Below, piece after piece: positions 17,858 to 28,362 of a stretch of DNA of 64,000 bases. Under the pieces are notes generated by a model, which saw only the letters and a program-made list of their open reading frames with translations, was not told where the DNA came from and did no database searches. The stretch comes from an uncultured Pseudomonadota bacterium (GTDB lineage Bacteria; Vulcanimicrobiota; Vulcanimicrobiia; Eremiobacterales; Eremiobacteraceae), in NCBI GenBank assembly GCA_963736005.1, contig CAVTNB010000001.1, positions 928,001 to 992,000 of the forward strand, given 5' to 3'. Made by a program: the position numbers and the translations under genes. Every line of letters begins with the position of its first letter. The first letter of the stretch is position 1.

Positions 17858-19003
17858 CTACGGGTGATACGAAACGCGATAGATATAGCCTAGCTGGTCG
17901 TCGCTGATGTACAGCGAGCCGTCAGGAGCCACGGCAATGCCAACTGGCCGTCCGATATACTGCCCGTTTTGTAGCCAACCCGTCACGAAGTCCGAGTAGC
18001 CGGTTGGCCGTCCGCCCGAAAATTTGACCAGCACAACCTCGGCGCCGGTTGGAACGCTGCGATTCCACGACCCGTGGAACGCGACAAAAGCATCGCCTTT
18101 GTACGTAGGTGGAAATTGAGTACCGGAGTAAAACGCGATACCCAATGGGGCAGAGTGCGCCCGGAAATTTAATGCGGTTGGAGTATCGCCAACGCAGCTG
18201 GCATTGCCGTATTCCGGGTTGGGTAGCCTGTTCGCCGCAGCTGGATTCGGATAGCACTGCGGCCATCCAAAATGATCCCCCGAGTTGACAAGGTCGAATT
18301 CATCCGGGGGGAGGTTGTCCGTGACGGCTTGCGTTGGACCGATGTTGTCGCGCTGGTTGACGACCGCCCACAGTCGGCCACTCGAGTCAAGGGCCAGGCC
18401 GGACGCATTGCGCAGACCGCTGGCGTAGACCGTGCCAGTCGAGTCCTCGGGAGCGTAACGAAGAACTGTGGCATATCGCGCATCGCTCTCGTCGCAAATA
18501 TTGCAATCCGATCCCGACGAGACATAGATCGCGCCATCCTGTGCAATGGCGAGCGCCCGCCGGTTATGGTCACCACCTTGCGGCATGTTGGAGAACAGCG
18601 TTGTGGGCGTGTTGGAAGGATATGCATACTCGACGACGCCGGACCAGGTCGCTACATACAACTTGCCATGATAAAACGCAAGACCGTGCGGAAGGGAAAG
18701 GCCGCTTGCAAAAACTTGCGGTGTCGCGTCGAGCGCCGCGCCGTGCGGAATGACGACGACGGTTCCACGGTAGGTTTCTGAGACGAGGAGATCACCGTTT
18801 GGTGCAAACGCCATAAAGCGAGCGCCGGGCACGCGCTTGGAAACATAGGTAACGGTAAAGCCAGGAGGTGCGCTCAAGAAGTTGGGGCTTACGCCTGCCG
18901 TCATTGCAACCACATTTGGGCTGCTTGCACAGCTCATTGCAGCGAGAGCAATCAACAGGCACGCAACCAGTCCGTCGGGTGTCACCTGTTGCGCTGCGTT
19001 CAC
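17858..19003 (-). CDS. PQQ-dependent sugar/sorbosone dehydrogenase family beta-propeller, exported
   Basis: ASGLRN, GWP, AHSAPLGIAFY, AFHGSWNR, GRPVG, DGSLYISDD. Confidence 0.88.
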   Translation of the reverse strand: MNAAQQVTPDGLVACLLIALAAMSCASSPNVVAMTAGVSPNFLSAPPGFTVTYVSKRVPGARFMAFAPNGDLLVSETYRGTVVVIPHGAALDATPQVFASGLSLPHGLAFYHGKLYVATWSGVVEYAYPSNTPTTLFSNMPQGGDHNRRALAIAQDGAIYVSSGSDCNICDESDARYATVLRYAPEDSTGTVYASGLRNASGLALDSSGRLWAVVNQRDNIGPTQAVTDNLPPDEFDLVNSGDHFGWPQCYPNPAAANRLPNPEYGNASCVGDTPTALNFRAHSAPLGIAFYSGTQFPPTYKGDAFVAFHGSWNRSVPTGAEVVLVKFSGGRPTGYSDFVTGWLQNGQYIGRPVGIAVAPDGSLYISDDQLGYIYRVSYHP

Positions 19004-19041
19004 ACGCTGATTCTTATGCGAGGCGAAGTTGGCAGCCTTTA

Positions 19042-19069
19042 GGGGCGATTTGCGAATCGCCCCCCTACA
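19042..19069 (-). repeat. REP family C
   Basis: GGGGCGATTTGCGAATCGCCCC hairpin followed by CTACA. Confidence 0.75.
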
Positions 19070-19073
19070 AAAA

Positions 19074-19496
19074 CTATTTTGGGGTGAGGAGCGTTTTTAA
19101 GAATTCTTCGCCCGCGGTGTTCGCACCGATCGTGCGTTGACCGACATTGCTGTTGCCGGCCGTTCCCGGTTTTGGTTTGTACCGGCGCAGCAGCGACGAG
19201 CCTGCCTTATAGGAGGCGTCGATGAGGTCTTCTTGTGCCTGCGAGTTTCGAGCCGCAAGGTATCCCATGGCCACGCCCAAGATGATGCCCAGAGTCTGGA
19301 TCACAACGTACACGCCGTCGTGCACGTTTGGAGTGCGCGAGTTTGCGTACACAAACAGACCACAGACTCCGCCCAAAACTGTGCCCACGAAAAGTCCGAA
19401 CGCGATCGTTACGCCGGTCCGAAAAAGCCTCAGACGCGCGTCAAAATCGCTTTCCTGATTTTCGCCTAGTTGCCCGTGCACCCGGCTGGTAAGCAT
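19074..19496 (-). CDS. Two-TM hypothetical membrane protein
   Basis: Two hydrophobic segments; GGGAG RBS upstream. Confidence 0.7.
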   Translation of the reverse strand: MLTSRVHGQLGENQESDFDARLRLFRTGVTIAFGLFVGTVLGGVCGLFVYANSRTPNVHDGVYVVIQTLGIILGVAMGYLAARNSQAQEDLIDASYKAGSSLLRRYKPKPGTAGNSNVGQRTIGANTAGEEFLKTLLTPK

Positions 19497-19658
19497 GAGA
19501 ACTCCCCCACGTCAAGAGTAGGAAATCTACTAAAGTAATCGGCGTCGGGCGCTGTGGCACCCCTGCCAGCCTTGCGATGTGACAATCCTCACCTCAATTC
19601 GTCTCGGTCTGGGCCGGAGGGCAAGGACGAGCAGTGCGGGCGCGATAAGCATCGGCAT

Positions 19659-20804
19659 ATGATACATTCCGAACGCATGACCGACACGGTCTTAGATTTG
19701 TTGCGGCTGGACAGTCATTCAAGAGAGGAAAAATCTGTCGCCGAATACCTCGTCCGCTGCCTCCAAGAGCTGGGCTGTGAGGTCCGGGTGGACGAAGCCG
19801 GGACGCCGGTGCGGGCAAACACCGGCAATGTCGTCGCGTATCTCGCTCCAAGCTCATCAACTGCTCCGCCCTTACTTCTCTCGGCTCACATGGACGTGGT
19901 GCCTCCCGGCACGGGGGTGAAGCCCGTCCGCGAAACCGATCGGATTCGCTCTGACGGAACCACGATTCTAGGCGGCGACGACAAAAGCGGCCTCGCGATC
20001 ATCCTGGAAGTGTTGCGCTCGTTGCGCGACCGAAACGTCGCGCACGGATCCATTGAGATCGCCTTTACGATCTGTGAAGAGATTGGTCTACTTGGGGCAA
20101 AGAATCTGGACTACTCGCGGCTGCGTTCCAAGGAAGCGATCGTCCTCGATTCGTCCTATGCAACGCAGCTCGTCACCCAGGCGCCCTCAGCCGACCGATA
20201 TGTGTTCAGCGTGCATGGGCTCGAAGCACATGCCGGCGTGTGTCCGGAAAACGGCATCTCGGCAGTGCGCGTCGCCGCCGAAGCGATAGCCGCCATGCCC
20301 CTCGGTCGAATCGATGCAAGGACGACCTCAAATGTCGTTATCGCCGGCGGACCGACTGCGACGAATGTTGTGCCGAATCTGTGCATTGTGCGCGGCGAAG
20401 CTCGGGCGTTGGACGATGCGCGGCTTGACGAGGTCATGCGGCAAATCCGTGGCGCCTTTGACGACGCAGCGCAGCGCGCCAAGATAACGCTCAATGGGGA
20501 TGTGCACCGCGCTTGGATCGAAGAACAATGCTCGCGCGAATATCACAGCTTCGAAATCCGAAATGACGCGTCGATCGTGAAACTTGTCCAACATGCGGCT
20601 CGGACGCATGGGACCTCCGTCGAAACGGTGACCATCGGCGGTGGATCCGACGCAAATGTCTTCAACCGCCACGGCATTGTCAGCGTGAATCTTGGTACGG
20701 GGATGCGTGACATTCACACAGTGAAGGAGTGGATCGACCTGGAAGACTTCTATCGCTCCGCCGAAATCGTTCTCGAGTGCATCAAGGTGCGCGCCGCAGC
20801 GTAG
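19659..20804 (+). CDS. M20/M25/M40 metallopeptidase (peptidase T-like)
   Basis: SAHMDVV, LGGDDKSG, CEEIG, AHAG, GGGSDAN, IHT; start trimmed from 19554. Confidence 0.9.
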   Translation: MIHSERMTDTVLDLLRLDSHSREEKSVAEYLVRCLQELGCEVRVDEAGTPVRANTGNVVAYLAPSSSTAPPLLLSAHMDVVPPGTGVKPVRETDRIRSDGTTILGGDDKSGLAIILEVLRSLRDRNVAHGSIEIAFTICEEIGLLGAKNLDYSRLRSKEAIVLDSSYATQLVTQAPSADRYVFSVHGLEAHAGVCPENGISAVRVAAEAIAAMPLGRIDARTTSNVVIAGGPTATNVVPNLCIVRGEARALDDARLDEVMRQIRGAFDDAAQRAKITLNGDVHRAWIEEQCSREYHSFEIRNDASIVKLVQHAARTHGTSVETVTIGGGSDANVFNRHGIVSVNLGTGMRDIHTVKEWIDLEDFYRSAEIVLECIKVRAAA

Positions 20805-20819
20805 GCCAAGGCTAGATCC

Positions 20820-21557
20820 ATGCGGCCTACTTGGAGTCATCCTTCGGCTCGCGGCGCGGACACACCGGCCGTTTACGCGCTGTTGGCGGCCATGGGTATT
20901 GTCTTCATCATCGATTGGATCGCGCGCGGCGCGATTAGCCAATGGTTGCTGTGGCCGATTTCCAGCCTTTGGCTCAAATCGCTCGAGTTGTGGCGCCCAT
21001 TCACATTCCCATTCGCTCACATGTCGAACTTTTTGTATATTCTCACCGATGCGCTCGTGCTGTATTTCTTTGGAGGATCGCTGGAACGCGCCTGGGGGAG
21101 CGGTAGGTTCTTGTTCTTCTTCTTTGCCGTTGGCATCGTCGCCGGCCTCGTCGAGCTCGCCATCTCCCCCTGGACGGGCGGCACGATGTTTTTCGGCATG
21201 ATCGGTGGCTTCGTGGGGATGGTAGTGGCGTTTGCGGCGCTGAATCCCTATCAAACGGTCTTGCTTTTTATCTTCCCATTGCAAGCTCGATGGCTCGCCG
21301 TGCTCTCTATTGCGTACGAGCTGTTCGCCCGCACCCCCATCTATGGTGGTCCTTTTGAAGCGATTCTTGCCGTTGGCGCAACGGTTAGCTTTGCGTATCT
21401 TTTTGCGGTGACGAGGATCTCTCTGCGCCTACCATCCGGAGGTCCGACGTTGCGCGAGCGTCTCGAACGTTGGCAGCAACGCCGGCGCATGCGGCAGTGG
21501 CAGCGCCGTGTGTCACGCGCCGAGCGACCAGAGGATTTGTTTAAGGATAAGAAATGA
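20820..21557 (+). CDS. Rhomboid-like membrane protein, catalytic dyad not evident
   Basis: WRPFTFPFAH, FGGSLERAWG; GMIG in place of GxSG. Confidence 0.7.
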   Translation: MRPTWSHPSARGADTPAVYALLAAMGIVFIIDWIARGAISQWLLWPISSLWLKSLELWRPFTFPFAHMSNFLYILTDALVLYFFGGSLERAWGSGRFLFFFFAVGIVAGLVELAISPWTGGTMFFGMIGGFVGMVVAFAALNPYQTVLLFIFPLQARWLAVLSIAYELFARTPIYGGPFEAILAVGATVSFAYLFAVTRISLRLPSGGPTLRERLERWQQRRRMRQWQRRVSRAERPEDLFKDKK

Positions 21558-21561
21558 TGGC

Positions 21562-22515
21562 CTAGCGGCCGGTGCGGACGATTTCTTCTAGCTTGGCTCT
21601 ATCCAATTTTACCACGCGGCCCCGCCGCAGCTCGAGCGCGCCCATGTCTTCCAAATGCGAAAGCGCGCGACTGCCCATATCGCGGACTGTGCCGACGCGC
21701 GCGGCGAGATCCGATTGTGTGATGCGCTCCACGCCGCTTTCACCACCCGCCATACCTTCCTTGGAGGAGGCATAGTCCAGCAGCACGCGGGCGATCCGAG
21801 TAAGCACTCGTCCGAAGGCGAGATTGCCGGCTGCCCCGCTCAGACGGCGCTGTCGTTGCGCGAAAAATCGCGCCGCGCCCAAAGCTATCTCAGGGCTACG
21901 CTGCACCAAGCCACGCACGAATTGAGCAGGCAACTCAACAATCTCCACTTCACCGCGCGCTATCACCGTTGCTTCGGCGGTGCCTTCATCGAACACCGAC
22001 GATTCGTTGAACATGCTGTAGGGCGAAACGTCATAGAGAACGATCTCCCGGCCTTCGTCGGCGGCCCGGGTCACTTCAACAACGCCGCGCCGAACGATGG
22101 CAAGCGTCGGCCAGTTTGTGCCTTCTGCAACGATCACCATACGATCGTGATAGTTGCGTTCTTTCGCAGAGCGGTCGACTTCGCGCAAGAGGTCGACTGG
22201 CGCGTGGCGGAACATGCGGACTTGGCGTAGGAACGCGATGCGAGGCGTGTCGCCCTGCATGGCCGGATCTGGGAGTCTCGTGACGCGAATGATCCAGCGA
22301 CTATCACCCGCGTTGCGAATATCCCATAGGACAAGCCCTTCGCGTTCTGCCTCTAGATGCGTGCGGAGCGCTTTCGGTTCAAAGTCGTTGGTGAATTCAG
22401 CAGCTTGACCCGGACCGAGGCGGTCAAAGGAGGCCAGCACGCGATCGTGTCGCTGCCAAGAGGGAAGTTCGCGCAGGTCGACGCGCTCGACTGGCTGAGT
22501 AGAGGCTTCGGACAT
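21562..22515 (-). CDS. Crp/Fnr family regulator with N-terminal DUF2249-like domain
   Basis: N-terminal DLRELP..RH..VLASFDRL..NDFEPKAL; cNMP-binding domain; HTH ITQSDLAARVGTVRDMGSRAL. Confidence 0.8.
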   Translation of the reverse strand: MSEASTQPVERVDLRELPSWQRHDRVLASFDRLGPGQAAEFTNDFEPKALRTHLEAEREGLVLWDIRNAGDSRWIIRVTRLPDPAMQGDTPRIAFLRQVRMFRHAPVDLLREVDRSAKERNYHDRMVIVAEGTNWPTLAIVRRGVVEVTRAADEGREIVLYDVSPYSMFNESSVFDEGTAEATVIARGEVEIVELPAQFVRGLVQRSPEIALGAARFFAQRQRRLSGAAGNLAFGRVLTRIARVLLDYASSKEGMAGGESGVERITQSDLAARVGTVRDMGSRALSHLEDMGALELRRGRVVKLDRAKLEEIVRTGR

Positions 22516-22535
22516 CGCGGGGTTTGGTTCGAGGC

Positions 22536-24626
22536 TTACCAGTCAAACGCCTGGATTGCGGCCCAAGCATCGGGCCGAGTGCCGGCCCAGTCGAAGAAAG
22601 TTTCACCGATCGCACCGACAGACTTTGCACCGCCCAGCGACCATAGGATTTCTCGTCCGGATGGCGCTCCCGTGCCTTCCAGATCGACGCTTTGGCCCGC
22701 GACATCAACAGGGATGTCTCGTCCAGCTAGTTCGCGCGTGCGCGCTACGGCGCCGACGGCAGCTCCCGCCACTTCGCTGCGCGCGTACTCGTGGTGAACC
22801 GCCTCATCGAAATAATGCCAGTACTCCATGGGTTGCAGCACGTCGGCATATCTGGCGATGCGTGCGTAGGGGTAATCATCGTTCGTAAAGCCCATTCGCG
22901 GAGAAGCGACGGTGGCCACGATGAGGTAGTGCGGGCCGGCAGCCAAGCGGACGTCGCGAATATATTCGACCATGCTTTCGCGAGCGCTTGATCCGTCGCC
23001 CATATAATTGTCGCCGGTTTCGAGATCGAGCGCCAAGCCTTCGAAGCCGTTGCCACTTGGGGTCGTATAGGCCGCCGCGGCAATCGTCTCCGCGAGGTCC
23101 TGCGTGGAGGCCCGGCGCGGTACGGTCCATGCAAGGAGCTTGATATTCGCAGCCGTTGCCGAGTCAATCAGCCGATCGAGCCACGCGTGTGCTTCTTCGG
23201 TCTGAGCCATCGTGCACGCTCCGCGAGCCATGCGCAGTTCGATCACGTGAATGCCTGCGCGTTGTGCCTCAGCAACGACATCAGCGGGATCGTAGTGGTG
23301 AAAGTTTCGTGGATCGCCTACTAAAGAGGAGAAATAAAGAAACATCCCTTTGCCGCCAACATCGCTCGCGGCTGCTCCAGACAGCGCCGCAGGGGTGTTG
23401 ATAGCGGGCGTACTCGCCTGAATGGATTCGTTCGTCGTCTCCGCCACAACGGTATATCGGTAGTGCGAATCTGGAGCAACGTCTGTGTCGTGGAGCGTGT
23501 GCTCCGAGGCAGGCAGAGTCGCGATGAGAGCGGGTCGTTCGCCCTCATCGGTCGAGCGGAAAACTTCGTAACCGCTGACGTCCGCTGCTGCAGCCAATGG
23601 GGTCCAACCCACGTTGACGAGGTGTGGCCCGACCGGAGCTGCCGTGGCGTCGAACGCCTCGGCGCTCGCGTCAGGCGCCTCCAAGGTCTTCGTGAGCGTT
23701 TGATCTGGTGAAGAGATCGTAACGATCACGGGGCGCGCCCAGCCGATGGTCACCGTCGCCGCATCGCTCGCAACCGATGAGTGCTCGAGTTCGATCAATT
23801 GTCCGGTCGAGGTTGAAAAGGTCACATCACTCATCGATGCCGGGGCGTGCACGACGGCGACCCACGTGCCATCCGGGCTGATGGTCCACGGAGAGGAGGG
23901 CTGCTTCGCGACCACTGCTGGCATCGTGGATTGCGGCGGCGCAGCGTGCTTCGCTGACAGCGGTTTTTGTGGCGGCGAGCTGACGCCGAACACGGCTTCC
24001 AAAACGGAGGCGACGAAACGGCTGGTCACGATTGGTTTCGTCGAACGTGGTCGCGAATAAATTCGCGACACTACATTTGGGGTTAGGGGTCGCGAATAAA
24101 TTCGCGACACTACATTTGGCGGTCGCGAAGAAATTCGCGACACTACATGTGGTGGTCGCGAATATATTTGCAATGCGACGGTTGGTTTTGGTAGTCGCGA
24201 ATAAATTCGCGACACTACATTTGGGGTCAGCGGTCGCGAATAAATTCGCGACACTACATGTGGGTGGGCGTGATTGGCAATCGCGAATGTCTTGGCGGTC
24301 CGTTGCTCCAAAAAGTTCGAGCTCATCGCCACAAACAAGGGTAGGAGGAAGGCGATCGCGATCGTCCCCAAGATCGCTCGCGATAATGGCGCAGACGGCT
24401 CCGGCTTAGGAATCTCGACATATTCTTGTCGACGGCGCTGGAGCGTCGATGATGAGAGACCGTTCGATCGAAGCCTGCCTCGAGCGGCAGCCAGTCGCGA
24501 ATTTTCAAGCCGCCGGCGGCGGTCGACGGCTTCAAAAAGTTGGGCGTATTTCTGCTGGCGCTTCTTGAGCGCGTTCAACCGAAGCGTCTTCTTGCGCTGG
24601 CTACCGGATTGCGCTCGCTTGGTCAT
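22536..24626 (-). CDS. Membrane-anchored protein with REP-derived repeats, FN3 domain and glycoside-hydrolase-like C-terminal domain
   Basis: Basic N-terminus, TM helix, VVSRIYSRP repeats, W..GYEVFRS..YRYTVVA (FN3), LALDLE/PMEYW domain; start uncertain (24626 or 24674). Confidence 0.75.
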   Translation of the reverse strand: MTKRAQSGSQRKKTLRLNALKKRQQKYAQLFEAVDRRRRLENSRLAAARGRLRSNGLSSSTLQRRRQEYVEIPKPEPSAPLSRAILGTIAIAFLLPLFVAMSSNFLEQRTAKTFAIANHAHPHVVSRIYSRPLTPNVVSRIYSRLPKPTVALQIYSRPPHVVSRISSRPPNVVSRIYSRPLTPNVVSRIYSRPRSTKPIVTSRFVASVLEAVFGVSSPPQKPLSAKHAAPPQSTMPAVVAKQPSSPWTISPDGTWVAVVHAPASMSDVTFSTSTGQLIELEHSSVASDAATVTIGWARPVIVTISSPDQTLTKTLEAPDASAEAFDATAAPVGPHLVNVGWTPLAAAADVSGYEVFRSTDEGERPALIATLPASEHTLHDTDVAPDSHYRYTVVAETTNESIQASTPAINTPAALSGAAASDVGGKGMFLYFSSLVGDPRNFHHYDPADVVAEAQRAGIHVIELRMARGACTMAQTEEAHAWLDRLIDSATAANIKLLAWTVPRRASTQDLAETIAAAAYTTPSGNGFEGLALDLETGDNYMGDGSSARESMVEYIRDVRLAAGPHYLIVATVASPRMGFTNDDYPYARIARYADVLQPMEYWHYFDEAVHHEYARSEVAGAAVGAVARTRELAGRDIPVDVAGQSVDLEGTGAPSGREILWSLGGAKSVGAIGETFFDWAGTRPDAWAAIQAFDW
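24050..24258 (-). repeat. Intragenic tandem array of six REP family A units
   Basis: GTCGCGAATAAATTCGCGACACTACA at 24050, 24089, 24122, 24155 (degenerate), 24194, 24233; periods 39/33/33/39/39. Confidence 0.92.
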
Positions 24627-24942
24627 ATGTGCAACGGCCGCTTTAGAAACGAGAGAAAAAACTCGGCCGCACACGAGGCGCTGCCGGTTACTCTCTTTTC
24701 ATCGGCGGTAGCGCGGGGCGGGTGCAGTCGAACCGGAGGGCTTTATGTTAGAGGGCCACAGTTAAAGGTAGCGTGGGTGTTTCCTATTGACGACGCCCCG
24801 TAAGTGAGCACGCTCATAACGCGCAGGTCCACCAGGGTAAGGATTGGGCAAAGCGACGAGGGAGATTAACGGTCGATAAAAGCCGCACGCCTGGGACTTC
24901 TCTGGGAATGAATCGAGCGCAGGGCGCGTATACTATAGTGAT

Positions 24943-25665
24943 ATGCCCCCACTGCTCAAACCTTTCGCCGTAGCCTCCGTCGCCTGTTTGGTGCTCGTTG
25001 CCGTTGGGCTTGGTAGCTTTGCCGTGCCGTCCACGGCATCGAACGCCCGGACGAAGTCGACAGCGTCCGTTACCCAAACGAGCAATGTCGACAGCATCAT
25101 CGATCTCGTGCTGCATCGCAATCCAGATATCCGCTCGTACGAAGCACACACAGTTTTGGACATCCGACAGGTCAACTTCCCATACTTGCATCCGGTGCTC
25201 GACGGGCACGTCTATTACACGTGGCCCGGATATACCGTGTACGATTTCCCCCACACACCCGGATACTTAAAAGGAATAACCCGGCTCGAGGGCGCGATGG
25301 GCATGGCAAGCCGCTGGCGCCAATGCTACGACATCACGATCGAGCGCCAGCCTGAGGCATACGTGTTGCACATGGTGCCGAAGATTCTCGGCGAAGTTTC
25401 CGAAATGGACGTGACGGTCAACAAGAAAAGCGGCGACCTCGAACATTTCAACTGGTCGTATCGTGATTCCACAGACAGCATTTCGTTGACCCAGTATTAC
25501 AGCATGGTGAATGGCTACGACGTTGTCACGCTCCAAGAATCCGATATCACACGTCATCATATTCGCGCGAAAGCGCGGGGGACGTTCGACTCATTTCAAT
25601 ATAACGTTCCGGTACCGATGCCCACTGCGACGCCTTCCGATCCGCTCCATCAATGCGACAATTAG
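24943..25665 (+). CDS. Exported hypothetical protein
   Basis: Signal peptide; beta-rich; PT-rich tail. Confidence 0.7.
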   Translation: MPPLLKPFAVASVACLVLVAVGLGSFAVPSTASNARTKSTASVTQTSNVDSIIDLVLHRNPDIRSYEAHTVLDIRQVNFPYLHPVLDGHVYYTWPGYTVYDFPHTPGYLKGITRLEGAMGMASRWRQCYDITIERQPEAYVLHMVPKILGEVSEMDVTVNKKSGDLEHFNWSYRDSTDSISLTQYYSMVNGYDVVTLQESDITRHHIRAKARGTFDSFQYNVPVPMPTATPSDPLHQCDN

Positions 25666-25711
25666 CGATCGCCTAAAGGTTGGCGCCGCGCGGGTCGATA
25701 AGCCGCCTTCT

Positions 25712-26272
25712 ATGATGGACATCCGCGAAGGCTTTGTTATTTGGTTCACCGGCCTCTCTGGGGCTGGCAAGACGACGCTCGCTCGACTCCTCGATCCGCA
25801 GTTGCGAGCCGCTGGGTTAAAGGTCGAAATGCTCGACGGCGACGTCGTTCGCACGAATCTTTCCAAGGGTCTGGGCTTCTCCCGTGAAGACCGTGACACA
25901 AACATTCGGCGCATCGGTTTTGTGGCGAACTTACTCGCCCGCAACGGCGTTGCGGTGATCTGTTCGGCGATCTCTCCCTATCGCAGCGCACGCGACGAGG
26001 TTCGCCAGCTGGTCGGCGCCGGGCGGTTCATTGAAGTGTTTGCCGATTGCCCGCTCGACGTGTGCGCGACCCGCGACGGCAAAGTAGAAATGTACGCCAA
26101 GGCACGAGCGGGCGAACTGAAAGAGTTCACAGGCGTTTCGGATCCCTACGAACCCCCGCTCCATCCCGAGATTCACTTGCGCACCGAAGACGAAACACCA
26201 CACGAGAGCGCGCAAAGGATCCTCGCCTATCTGGCTTCGGAGGCCCTGCTTCCATCTAATGTCGCCCGCTAG
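25712..26272 (+). CDS. cysC: Adenylyl-sulfate kinase
   Basis: [41 protein letters not shown]. Confidence 0.95.
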   Translation: MMDIREGFVIWFTGLSGAGKTTLARLLDPQLRAAGLKVEMLDGDVVRTNLSKGLGFSREDRDTNIRRIGFVANLLARNGVAVICSAISPYRSARDEVRQLVGAGRFIEVFADCPLDVCATRDGKVEMYAKARAGELKEFTGVSDPYEPPLHPEIHLRTEDETPHESAQRILAYLASEALLPSNVAR

Positions 26273-27419
26273 GCTGAATCCACCCTATGGTGGTCGGCTG
26301 TCGGATCGCGAGTTGCGGGGCGTCGCACTCGAGCGCGCGCGAGAAGAAGCAACTGGCCTGCCGCGCATCCGCTTAAGCGACCGGTCAATCTGCGATGTCG
26401 TGTGCTTGGGCACGGGCGTGTACTCGCCACTCGATGGCTTCATGGGTAAGGACGACTATCGCGCCATTTTAGAGTCCATGCACTTGGCAAGTGGTCTTAT
26501 ATGGCCTATTCCTATTACGCTCCCAGTGGGCGATGAGGAACTCTCCGCTCTGCGCGGTACGTCGAAAGCCGCACTCATGGCCGGCGATACAATACTTGCG
26601 ACGATCGAGATTGGCGAAACGTTTCCTGCCCAGATCGAGCGCGAAGCGATGGCAGTCTATCGAACCTCCGATGTCGCGCATCCCGGCGTTGCTCTCATCG
26701 CGAACGCTCCCAAGACCTTGCTCTCAGGCGCGGTCAATCTACTCAGCGCGCCGGATTTTGGATTTCCGGCGGAGTATCGCACGCCTTCGGCGACGCGCGT
26801 CCTTTTCGAATCGCTCGGCTGGAAGACCGTCGTTGGTTTTCAGACCCGCAATCCGGTGCACCGCGCCCACGAATATCTGCAAAAGGTGGCGATGGAAATC
26901 GTCGATGGGTTGATGCTGCACCCGCTCGTGGGTCTCACCAAAGACGACGATATCCCGGCGGTGGTTCGCATGGCGTGTTATCGCACCTTGCTCGAGAAAT
27001 ACTATCCGCCCAAGCGCGCGATGCTGTCAATTTTTCCTGCTGCCATGCGTTATGCTGGACCCCGCGAGGCAGTGCTGCATGCAATCGCGCGTAAGAATTA
27101 CGGTTGCAGCCATTTTATCGTGGGCCGTGACCATGCGGGCGTCGGATCCTACTATGGTTCGTTCGACGCTCAACAAATCTTCGACGACATCGAGGGAGAG
27201 CTCGGCATCGTTATTTTGCGGTTCGACAACGCGTCGTGGTGCAATGCGTGCGAATCGATGGTGACGGACAAGACCTGCCCGCACGGGGCAAAAGATCGCG
27301 TCAGCTTGTCAGGCACCAAAGTTCGCGAAATGCTGCGAGCGGGAGAGCGGCCCCCGCAAGAGTTCTCGCGACCCGAGGTCGCTGATATTCTCATCGAGGC
27401 TATGGCGCAGGCGAAGTGA
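26259..27419 (+). CDS. sat: Sulfate adenylyltransferase
   Basis: [41 protein letters not shown]. Confidence 0.95.
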   Translation: MSPARLNPPYGGRLSDRELRGVALERAREEATGLPRIRLSDRSICDVVCLGTGVYSPLDGFMGKDDYRAILESMHLASGLIWPIPITLPVGDEELSALRGTSKAALMAGDTILATIEIGETFPAQIEREAMAVYRTSDVAHPGVALIANAPKTLLSGAVNLLSAPDFGFPAEYRTPSATRVLFESLGWKTVVGFQTRNPVHRAHEYLQKVAMEIVDGLMLHPLVGLTKDDDIPAVVRMACYRTLLEKYYPPKRAMLSIFPAAMRYAGPREAVLHAIARKNYGCSHFIVGRDHAGVGSYYGSFDAQQIFDDIEGELGIVILRFDNASWCNACESMVTDKTCPHGAKDRVSLSGTKVREMLRAGERPPQEFSRPEVADILIEAMAQAK

Positions 27420-28357
27420 CCGCCAAGGTTCAGTTTCCTGACGAGCACGCAGACGGCGAGTTCGTCCGCCAAGAGGATGCCTTTCGCGGCTGGGTCTTGG
27501 CAAAGCCCGGCGCCCAATATCCAGTTGAAGCCGGGCGCTATCATCTGTATGTCTCCTATGCCTGTCCCTGGGCTCACCGCACGATCATCGTTCGGATGCT
27601 GCGCGGCCTTGAAGCTGCCGTTGGCATGACCGTGGTCGACCCGATCCGTGACGATCGAGGCTGGGCGTTCACTGGGGGACCCGGCCACACCAAGGACCCA
27701 ATCAATGGTTTCGCTTTCTTGAGCGAGGCGTATTTTGCAACCGATCCCGGGTATCGCGGTCGCGTGACCGTGCCCGTGCTCTGGGACAAGAAAACAAAGC
27801 GCATTGTGAGCAATTCCGACGACGACATCATGCGCATGTTCGAAACCGAGTTTGACGGCCTCGCAACAAACCAGCTCGACCTTTATCCCGGAGAGCACCG
27901 GGGCGAAATCGACGACCTCAACGAGCTCATATATCAGACGGTAAACAACGGCGTGTACCGGGCCGGGTTTGCAAGCACCCAGAAGGCGTATGAGAGAGCA
28001 GCTTACCGGGTGTTTGAAACGCTCGATATGCTGGAGGCACGCTTGGCCAAGCGTCGCTACCTCATTGGCAAGATTCCTTTGGAAACTGATTGGCGGCTGT
28101 TTGTGACGCTCGTGCGCTTCGATCCCGTGTACTTCGGGCATTTCAAATGCAACCTACGGGAGATCGCGCAGTATCCGAATCTGTTTGGCTATCTCAGGGA
28201 TCTGTATCAAATTCCCGGCATCGCCGAAACCGTGAACTTCGACCACATCAAGCGACACTACTACGTGACGCACACAGACATCAATCCGAGTGGGATCGTG
28301 CCCATCGGTCCGACGCAAGACCTTCGTGCTCCGCACGGCAGGGAAAGATTGACGTAG
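27416..28357 (+). CDS. Glutathionyl-hydroquinone reductase (YqjG/Xi-class GST)
   Basis: RYHLYVSYACPWAHR, TVPVLWD, NNGVYRAGFA, HFKCN, HIKRHYY. Confidence 0.92.
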   Translation: MTAKVQFPDEHADGEFVRQEDAFRGWVLAKPGAQYPVEAGRYHLYVSYACPWAHRTIIVRMLRGLEAAVGMTVVDPIRDDRGWAFTGGPGHTKDPINGFAFLSEAYFATDPGYRGRVTVPVLWDKKTKRIVSNSDDDIMRMFETEFDGLATNQLDLYPGEHRGEIDDLNELIYQTVNNGVYRAGFASTQKAYERAAYRVFETLDMLEARLAKRRYLIGKIPLETDWRLFVTLVRFDPVYFGHFKCNLREIAQYPNLFGYLRDLYQIPGIAETVNFDHIKRHYYVTHTDINPSGIVPIGPTQDLRAPHGRERLT

Positions 28358-28362
28358 GAATC

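Noticed and set aside
24050..24258. CRISPR array
   Set aside because: Spacers are only 7-13 nt and partly duplicated, the array lies in an open reading frame, no cas genes are present, and the repeat also occurs singly elsewhere as a REP
24680..24940. Riboswitch or ncRNA in the divergent intergenic region
   Set aside because: No conserved riboswitch motif recognisable by eye; an Rfam covariance search would be needed
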